From NCBI GenBank assembly GCA_965644495.1, contig CBFFSA010000004.1, positions 62,001 through 126,000 of the forward strand: 64,000 nucleotides of DNA, given 5' to 3'. The notes beneath the pieces are model-generated. The model was not told where the DNA came from. It did not search any database and saw nothing but the letters and a program-made list of their open reading frames with translations. The DNA comes from Perkinsela sp. CCAP 1560/9 (taxonomy: Eukaryota > Protista > Euglenozoa: Kinetoplastea). Shown one piece after another: positions 55,841 to 64,000 of the stretch (position 1 is the stretch's first letter; every line of letters starts with the position of its first letter). A program made the position numbers and the translations under genes.

Positions 55841-57117
55841 TGGAGGTATAAAGGTAAACGCTGTATTCAACAAATAGGATTCTTTTGCCGTTAAACATAA
55901 CGTTTCCTTTAGCGCTATTCCATTTGCTTATTCTTTTTATTGTCTCAAAATTGTTTTAATTTCTTCGATTAAAGGGGCATAGTTTTGTACCAAATAATAG
56001 TTTTTCAATGAAATTTCTCCCCTACAAGTAGAAAAAAGCTCTCAAACTTACAAAAACATTTTGGCTAGGACCTTCGATGAATCTTCATCAAAAGTTGTAC
56101 ACTTTCGTTGAAGCACATTGAAAGTTGTACACTTTCGATGAATCTTCATCGAAGGTGTTTTTGATTTTTTTTTGACATTTTAAAATTTTTGATTTCGACC
56201 GAATTCTTCAATTAGCTGTTGAAAACACGTTACGTGAAACATGTAATTCTAATAGTCTACGTTTTGAAATTTAGCCGAGGGGCTGTTATGATTTGTGTTC
56301 TAAACCCTGTTCCGGGTTATTGTGCCCCCCCTGCACAATAACTGGCTCTAGGCACAATAACTAAATATATGAAAAAGCCAAAAAAGGGTAACATAACAAA
56401 CCAAATCTGCTTTTGGGCTTAATTAGGTTTGGGCGTAATTAAGTTTAGACCGGTAATTAAAATGTACGTTTTTTAATTAACGTAGCAATAATTAACGTAA
56501 TAATTGATTTATGTCAAAAAAAGGTGAAAAATAATTATTTTTTTTACACTATATTACAATTTTAAAACAAGCAATCAAGTTAGCAATTTCACTTTTTGTA
56601 TCCCAAAACTAGCAATTCAACCTCCCTTGAGTTATTTGTGATTCTAATAATAATAACAATAATGATAAAAAGGAAGCAATCCAGGTCCAATCCATTCACG
56701 CGTTCCGGACCGGGTCTTTCGACCTCTCCACGGCCTGACTTGGGAACCCTTCCCTTGTTATATGGGAAAGTTTATGTGGGAGGTTTTTTTTCCCTAAACC
56801 CCATCGCCCAGCTAGCCTCGTACAAGCCCGTTCCAGTGGTTTTGGGACTATCCCCACATTCATGTACATGAGAGAAATGGGTAAAGAATGACGCATTCGT
56901 GCAGATCTAGTTGAGGGCAACACGGGAAAAATACTTGTAAACAAAACGAATATAGAATAGAACACTGAAAAATACTTTGAAAAGTCAAATTTCCCATTAA
57001 AAAGTGAAATTTTCGGAGGAAAAATTTTAACAGCTGTCTGAAATATTCTTACCCGATGACCATTATTTAGATACCCCCATTATTTTTGGCGCTAGAGGGC
57101 ATAAATAGTAAATCATA

Positions 57118-58847
57118 CTAATATCGAATCTTGTGCCCATTGGCAGCAATACACACTTCTAGCCGTTTTTCGAACGTGCTGTGTAACTTCTTGGCCGTCA
57201 CCCTGCCTTCAAGAGAGAGAAAATAACTTTGCGACACTCTTTTTATCTCCTCAGAAGTCCGAGGAAAGGTCTGGTTCTTTGCGTGTCGAATTCTTGCCCA
57301 AAAGTTCTCTATAGAATTCAAATCCGGGGAGTCTGCAGGCCATCTGAAAGGATTCTTGTCCCCTGAGTAGGGCATGTACCGCAAACATTGTGCGCAATGT
57401 CCGGAAGAGACATGCGCGTTCCACCACAGCTGAGTCTTCTCACTCGTGTGTGGAGAAGCCCCGTCATCCATGTAAACGGCGGTGGAGTTCAACTCACAGT
57501 ATCGAGTCCACTCCGTATCGAGGATTTCGCGACGATAGTATAGACTCCCCAATTTCAACTGATCAGGAAGCGTTTCGCGCTTTTCTCCAGGGCGCAGGGG
57601 GCGGCTTAGCTCGTTCGCATAGAAAGTAGAGAAATTGTCGCACCAGTGAAAGATAAAGGTTCCCTCTTTATCGATACCTCCCCATATCATGACCTTAATG
57701 GGATGGAAATCTCGGTTGCGCGCAACTCGATCATAATGACTCTGCCAAGTAGACGTGGAAGAATCCCCTTCACAGATAAACGTTTCATCAGTAAAAACAA
57801 GGCTCTCAAAAAACTGTCCTTCCGTTCGTTCATTTTCCTGAAGCATCGCCTTACAAAAATTTACGCGGGCCTCCCGCTTCCGAGCACTGAGATGCAGTGT
57901 GCGTTTCTTTGACCCATATGAGTAATCATAGTAGTAATGCAACGCACGCATTCGATGACGTGAAACTTGGATGGATCCCTCGCTTAAGTTTACCATAGCC
58001 CTACGTAGGTAATTGAGGGATCGGTGTACCGGATGCTTTGCCATAACGCTGGCAAAAAGATCCTTGGCCTCTTCGGCGCTACTCCATCCCGATAGAGTTC
58101 GACGAACTTTCTCAACTTTTTGCACGCGCAGCGTAACAGTTATGGACTGGCCGTCAATTTTTCTAATCAAGCGACTACATGTTTGCTTGGGCAAAGTAAA
58201 CATGTAGCAAAGATCCGCTTGACAGAACAAACCTGTTTGATATAAACCTTTTAAAAGAAACAACCCAGACTCAGTTAAACTGCCAGGCTGTTTGAAAAGA
58301 ACAGTTAAGTGGCGTTTTCGTTGATTTTTCTTTTTCGTCGGACGACCCCTTTTCTTTCCTACGTTTGGCTCTTTTTTCTCAAGCAGTGACGCGCTACGGA
58401 CCTCAGTTAATAAATGAAGTGTTTTTTGCCTCTCGTTTGATAAATTAGTGAAACGTGTTTTCAAATCCTGACACTCTGCGCGAGCTTTGCATTATCCTGC
58501 TTTAAAATTTGCACTTTTAGTTCCATTTCTGTTCTCCGCGTTTCGGCCTCCATGAAGTCCTCCGCACTCTTAGCTCCACGCTTCTCAAGAGTCCTAACCT
58601 TTCTTTTGGTCTTGCAGAGTTTATTACGCAGCCTCTTGATAATTGCATCCTTGGCATTGATTTTTTTCTCCAAGGACTTCAATTGTTCGTCACTTGGATC
58701 TGAAATTAACTGTGTAACAGGTGCTTCCTTTTCAGGGGACAAAGCGTCAAGGCTGGTGTCGTCATCAGCTCCGCGCGATACATCGGAGTGCAGACCCTTT
58801 ATTTCCCCTACCGCTTCTAGAAGCTTTGCGTCTAACCCAGGCGACAA
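57118..58847 (-). pseudogene. Large Tc1-like DD51E transposase (coiled coil, KKRGRP AT-hook, HTH, DDE); single frameshift near 58463
   Basis: VFTDET / YMDDGASPH / WPADSPDLNSIENFW; collinear with 11970-13880 across the frameshift. Confidence 0.88.
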
Positions 58848-58931
58848 TGGTCTATTTCCTTGGAATCGGCCTGGCGAAAAAGAAGGAACTGGCGAGCGGG
58901 CTGAACAGTGTACCCCGCGGCGGTACCAGTC

Positions 58932-59175
58932 TTATACTGCCGCCTGTACAATCTGGGCATTACCTTTCTGGATGGCCACCCCTATGGCCATCAGAAGGTG
59001 GGACATGCATCCGTTCTTGTGGATGTGTGGGCCCGGGCCACCTTGGTTAGGAAGTTCAAGGTCTCTGGGCCCGGGATCCCGTACGTGGTGAAGGCCAAGG
59101 GGTAAAATTCCATCCCTCGGGCGGTCGCCATCTCATCGTGTGAGCGCCGCTTGTTGGCCTCGGCCATCCTCAGGG
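58932..59175 (-). mobile_element. 3' end (REL endonuclease C-terminus) of a CRE/SLACS-like retrotransposon
   Basis: MAEANKRRSH..EFYPLAFTTYGIPGPETLNFL..(frameshift)..GVAIQKGNAQIV. Confidence 0.78.
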
Positions 59176-59436
59176 TTTCTTTTAAATTTCTATCAGATGC
59201 CTCAAAAATACGACCAGCTGCCCTTGGAAACTACACCCATACGCAGTAGAGTGTCTCGCCCTAGGTGGAATTTTGGAAAAGTGTGCAAACTTCGTTCAAT
59301 CTTGTGGGTTTAAAAATAATAAACCTCTATTTTTTGTGGAACTAAATTTTTTGCTCCCGCACCACAAAAACATAAATTAACGTAACTTTAATAAAAAAAC
59401 TACGTACGAGCGCCAAGATCCGTCATAACTTTTTTA

Positions 59437-60345
59437 TTCTCTTCGTTAAACGCGGTGGTTGTTTTCAACTTAGAAGTCACTCACGCTGCGCGCTTCGCGT
59501 TGAAAACTACCACCGCGTTTAACGAAGAGACTAAAAAAGAAAATTTAGCCTGGAAAGCTGAAGAAAACGGAAAGATTATAGCCAAAAATAGCCGATTTTC
59601 GGGTAAAAAAGGGGTCATTTTTGCGTATTTTTGCTCTCAGAGCACTAAATCCGATATTTGCGTGTGAGAAATCACTCTTAGGCGTGAATGAAAGCCTACT
59701 GAACGCATTGGGTAGAGAATGCGACTCAAACCACACCATTCTTTGGCATAAAAAGACTCCTTGAGGTCCGAAAATTACATTTTCACCTTTTTTAGTCAAA
59801 AAAGGGTCTTTTTGAGGGGCGCACCACGGCTCGAAGAATGGATATCTTGCGAAAACAACGGTGTGGACAGCTAGTATAGGGCACAAACTATAAAAATACA
59901 ATAGGGCAAAGGATTTTGGAAAAATATTTTTTTTGCCATTTTTTCCGCCAAGTTGAAATTTAAAAAAAAAAAATCCGAAAAAATCCGAACTTGGCGGACC
60001 CGTCCTGCGGATACGCGGGGGGGTCACCCCCGGGTAGGGGGGTGGAAAATGCGCGCCAAGACCCCGGTTACCCCTCTGCGGTTTTTGTTCGAAAAATATT
60101 TTTTACGAAAAAAATTGCTCGACCATGACCCCCCCTGGACTCCCCATTTTTTTCAATTTTTTTTTCAGTTTTGGACCACCGGACCCCCTTTTATATTTTT
60201 TTCTTCTATTATAAATTCTTTTTTTTATGATAAATTCTTTTATTACTGTGTTCCTCTTTATACACTGTATACACTGTATTTCTTTATACACTGTATTTTC
60301 ACTGTTTTTGTTCACTTTTTTTCAATAATCGAAGGTACAGGGGTA
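59437..60345. repeat. Inverted relative of 54075-54745 with a 95-bp foldback at 59437-59531
   Basis: CTCTTCGTTAAACGCGGTGGTTGTTTTCAAC ... GTTGAAAACTACCACCGCGTTTAACGAAGAG. Confidence 0.75.
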
Positions 60346-60611
60346 GTTGTACCATTTCACCTGTACATGCAGGCGTGTTTCCTTTTTTCTGTGTTTGTGC
60401 GGGTGAATTAAATTTATATCTACGATATGTTTTGGTACAATTTGAGAGTAAGATTGGATTATTCATACTTGTTTGTTATTTATACTTGTTTGTTTATTCA
60501 TATATGTTTTCATGTATATGTTTCCAGGGAGCCCCTCGGCGTGAATTTCGATTTTGAATTTAATTTTTTTTTTGCCTGAATTCTGATTTTCCGCTTTCTT
60601 TCACATTTTTC

Positions 60612-61606
60612 ATGACAAACCAACAAGATCCCCTTAACGGAAACCCGGATGTCATGCTCCGTAGTTTTATTGCTCTTTTGGAGGCGACGACTTACCGAGA
60701 GCATAGGCGTGGCCCACTTGGGGACGCCCCAGCCACAGTTCAAGACCCCAGCCTTCTCAATCCTGCGCTCTGGCGTGACGTACCTTTACGTCCAGTTTGT
60801 ACTCAGTGTCCTGCGTTCAACTGCGTGAAGCGTTGGAGTAGTGTCGCAGATATCCCCCTTGGTGCGGACGCCGAGGGTTGGATGCGGAATCACGGTTTTC
60901 TTTATCCCCCCTCTAGTCCGAAGCACGGTGTTGCGCGTATGGTGGACGTTCCTGGAAAGTCCCATATGCAAATCTGCAACCACTGAGAGTCTGGCTCTCG
61001 AAATGCCTGCAGAATCAAGAAAGGCAAATTCGAATCATACATTTCCATGCGCAGCCATCTCACTCCAAGTATTCTCTTACTCGTCTGGGACGACATCGCG
61101 AATCAGATGTGTACCATCCAGATTTGTCATAATAGAGGGGTGGGTCGCAGAACTGTGCAGGAGGTTCTGCACTCCGCGGCGGATGCAGCCCTTGCTCAAG
61201 AGCAGATGGAGCAATACGAATTTTCCCGAATTCAGGTTGATGAAACCTGTATAGGGAAACGGAAATATCAGCGGGGGAGGCGACAGCGCAAACGGGGGTG
61301 GTGGTTTGCGACAGTGACCGAGATCCGAGGTCAAGAAATGGGAAGAACCCATCGGAAGCTAGTGAAACGAAGAGATACGGAAACTCTTCACAACTTCATT
61401 CTTCCGCACTTGACAAGTGCGAGGGCTGTCGTGGTTAGCGACTGTTGGGGGATGTACACCACTTTGGGTGACTTTTGTCGCCACCACGCTGTGAATCACA
61501 GCGTGGAGTTTGTGAACTCCTAAGGGTACCACACGAACACCGCTGAAGGGTCACATCGTATCATAAAGGACTGGGTGCGGAAACAGCACTACAATTTGAA
61601 GAAATA
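60612..61606 (+). pseudogene. Merlin transposase, frameshifted and truncated
   Basis: IQVDETCIGKRKYQRGR, VVSDCWGMY, AVNHSVEFVNS*GYHTNTAEG. Confidence 0.88.
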
Positions 61607-61759
61607 GCACTACAATTGAAGAATAACTAACTTGAAGACACTTACATTCTTAGCCCTGAAATCAAAAAAAAGTCAAAAAATGAAAATGTATGGATAAATA
61701 GCTCTCTAGCCTTTGGACCAAGCAGGGGTTTCTATAGCAGGGGTTTCTATAGGTGGGTC

Positions 61760-62305
61760 GGTGGAGCGTCACATCAAGAAGCACTTAGGGCAGCTTCACA
61801 GATCGGAACAGGTTGCCAACACTCTATTTGTTGGGGCGCAAGCTTCGCCGTCTGTGGTTACTATTCCGCACGTTGGAGTTAAACTGTGCAAATCTCTTCG
61901 GATTCGTGGTCGGCGCCCTTAATGGCGGCAATCCAACCGCGGCCGATCAACGATCCCCAACAGAGTCCCCATCCGACTTCGCCCTCAGATAGTCAACAAG
62001 AGGCGTCGGTATGGGGATTAGGAAGCAGACCTCGTGGAAGGGCACTCTCACTCAGGTTACATTTTGACCTTGTGTGAGCGGAAGATCCGATTCCCCGTTC
62101 TGCGTATTCTACGATCGAAGCATGCCGAAGAAGTGACAAATCAAATCATCAAGGGATTAAGAAAGAACATAATTTTTACTATCAGTTGTGACGATGAAAC
62201 GGAAGTTTCAAAGCGCGAAAGAGCGAATGAAAATTGGGATGTAAATCATTTTTCAGTGCTCCGTATCACTCGTGGAAAAAGGGGGCTGTGGAAAATTCAA
62301 AAGTC
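61760..62305 (+). pseudogene. IS30-family transposase remnant
   Basis: HRSEQVANTL (cf. WSPEQI); IPNRVPIRLRPQIVNKRRRYGD*EADLVEG..GYILTLCERKIRF; TISCDDETE; after a frameshift FSAPYHSWKKGAVENS. Confidence 0.85.
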
Positions 62306-62723
62306 AACAAGGTAAAGAAGAGGTACAGATGAGCTACGAAAGCCTCTCGAAGTGACGTGAGATTTTGAAGAAAGGCTTGGGGTAAGCAGAGCGTTTTTTG
62401 ACGTAAGTTTACTTCGACTCCTAGAATAGTACTGCACCAAGAAGGCTAAGTGGTAACGACAAGGTCCGCACCTACACTGGCTGCGTTTGGTAAAAACATT
62501 GAAAATCTCGCTGCAATGTAACCTGATCTTTCGAAAATAAGTGTCCGTTGTCAATGAACGTCAGTAATCCGGCGTTACCACTGTATAAAACATTCGTTGC
62601 TGCGTGGGCAATTTTGACGGATGCATGTCAGCCCATTTGTAATGTGGTCCAACCGTGGGTGCGTCCTTTGATCCTGACTGTGAAATATGATTGCAATATC
62701 ATCATACCCCATTTATAATTTCA

Positions 62724-62766
62724 AGACCGCACGGAGAGCGCGGTTAACGCCACCCGTATCCCCTCA
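62724..62766. mobile_element. Solo end of the TGAGGGG PHIS family
   Basis: GCGCGGTTAACGCCACCCGTATCCCCTCA is close to the reverse complement of 41383-41415. Confidence 0.65.
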
Positions 62767-63407
62767 TTTTATTTGTTAAATGGTATGATTAGATTAAATT
62801 ATATGATTAACCAAAGATGAACGGGCAAGGATGAGACCAATTATTCTATGCGGGTTCAATGATTGAAACCAAAACATTGTTTTGGTAAATCAATGGGAAA
62901 ATAAAACGATGATTCACTCTTCTACACTTTGATGTTATTCGAAAAATAGAAAAAAAGCACCAATTTAATAATTTTACCAGATACTAGTAAGCTTTTACTA
63001 GTAAGTCAGAGAACTACATTGTTGGAAAAATAGAGTACGATTGTATTAATACTTTTTTTTCATTCATTATTCATGTAAATCTAGTGGCAGTTCATCGGTT
63101 CCCTATCACATGCGCATGTACATTGTATATCTAGATTTCTGCAATTGTTTTCGAAAAAAGCATAGGTACCGTATAAAAAACTAAAAATAATTGGAAAAAT
63201 TAATTGCAGCTTACTCTTGAGCATACTTAGACTTCCAATGTATTTACTTTAGAAAATCCACCTCCTCAATCTTGCACGATTATAAAAACCAAAAACAAAA
63301 AACGGATCCACAATTCATTTGTTCTCCAGCCTAATACGTTTGTATAATATCAGATGCATAGCCATTTCTAGAACAATTGGTTCTTATCGTCAAACAAATC
63401 GTAAAAA

Positions 63408-63911
63408 TTATTTCTTCTTCTCTACTAGCTTTTCAATGAATGCCTTGCCCTTCTTACGGACCTGTGCTGCCTCAACTGAAAGTGCTTTGCGTTGAGCGGC
63501 TGACAACTTCTGGTATTTGGCAGATACTTTCTTTGCCGCCGCGCGGAAACAAGCTTTAGGATTCTTGTGGTTTCCCTTCTCCGCCTTGTATATCGCTGGC
63601 ATGTTACGTTTCAGGAACAAGCTATAAGGAAGGTAGCGTGCGCTTTTCACTTGTGATACGAGCGCTTTCTTCTGTTTCAGATTCTCGGCAGCAATCTTAT
63701 TCAAGGACTGGACTTGAGCTGGAGATAATTTTTTAAAAGCGGCATTTGCTCCAGCGAGATCTGGGGCTCCCTTTTTACCTTTGAGAAGCTTTGAGATAAA
63801 TACATGCCGCGCACTTGTCGGGGCTGATTTTCCAGCCCATGGCTTATTGATAACTTTACGACGAAGCTTTTCGATGTTCTTGGTGAGATTTGGAAGCGCA
63901 CGAGAAAACAT
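63408..63911 (-). CDS. KAP-like tandem HMG-box protein, copy 6
   Basis: 167 aa paralogue. Confidence 0.82.
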   Translation of the reverse strand: MFSRALPNLTKNIEKLRRKVINKPWAGKSAPTSARHVFISKLLKGKKGAPDLAGANAAFKKLSPAQVQSLNKIAAENLKQKKALVSQVKSARYLPYSLFLKRNMPAIYKAEKGNHKNPKACFRAAAKKVSAKYQKLSAAQRKALSVEAAQVRKKGKAFIEKLVEKKK

Positions 63912-64000
63912 TTTAGAGAAAACTATATATTTGAAGTACTCTGAAATATTCTTTATGGCAATAGCTATTTTTTGACGATAAGAAACGTCGTTTTCTTACA

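Noticed and set aside
58455-58470. Programmed -1 frameshift or a two-ORF transposon
   Set aside because: No X-XXY-YYZ slippery site, and the homologue at 12-14 kb reads through this point and breaks elsewhere.
53504-62020. Stop-codon reassignment (TAG at conserved Trp positions in the Tc1 and IS30 remnants; TGA in Merlin)
   Set aside because: Host genes end at TAG (RPS20), TAA (carrier) and TGA (NSUN2) and have no internal stops; single transitions in decaying TEs explain these.
1-64000. Fanzor/TnpB/IscB RNA-guided nuclease
   Set aside because: No RuvC plus zinc-finger motif set was seen in any ORF or beside the transposases; a profile search would be needed to exclude very divergent ones.

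Overview
Eukaryotic DNA, most likely from a kinetoplastid (possibly prokinetoplastid/Perkinsela-like) protist. This is an inference from four things: all recognisable host genes are intronless and on the minus strand; there are two spliced-leader (SL)-like sequences (..GATACAGTTTCTGTACCTTGTTG); there is a mitochondrial PolI-type (PolIB/C/D-like) DNA polymerase; and there are six paralogues of a basic tandem-HMG-box KAP-like protein. Host genes: PolI-like polymerase (1-2164, runs off the window, absent from the ORF track), RPS20, three LRR genes/pseudogenes, an RPA1-like OB-fold protein, a mitochondrial phosphate carrier, an NSUN2/Trm4 methyltransferase and six KAP-like genes. Most of the rest, especially 23-63 kb, is a dense, nested collection of mobile DNA. 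It includes Tc1/mariner-type elements (two with unusually long DD49E/DD51E spacing and a coiled-coil plus AT-hook N-terminus), a PIF/Harbinger-group element with an unrecognised accessory ORF and 2-bp TSDs, and four Merlin/IS1595-type transposases (one fused to a SWIM finger). There are also many TA-flanked MITEs, an 8-bp-TSD CATAG element, CRE/SLACS-like, RTE-like and DIRS/TATE-like retroelement fragments, and a decayed bacterial-type IS30 transposase. All family calls come from motif reading by eye; no database searches were run.
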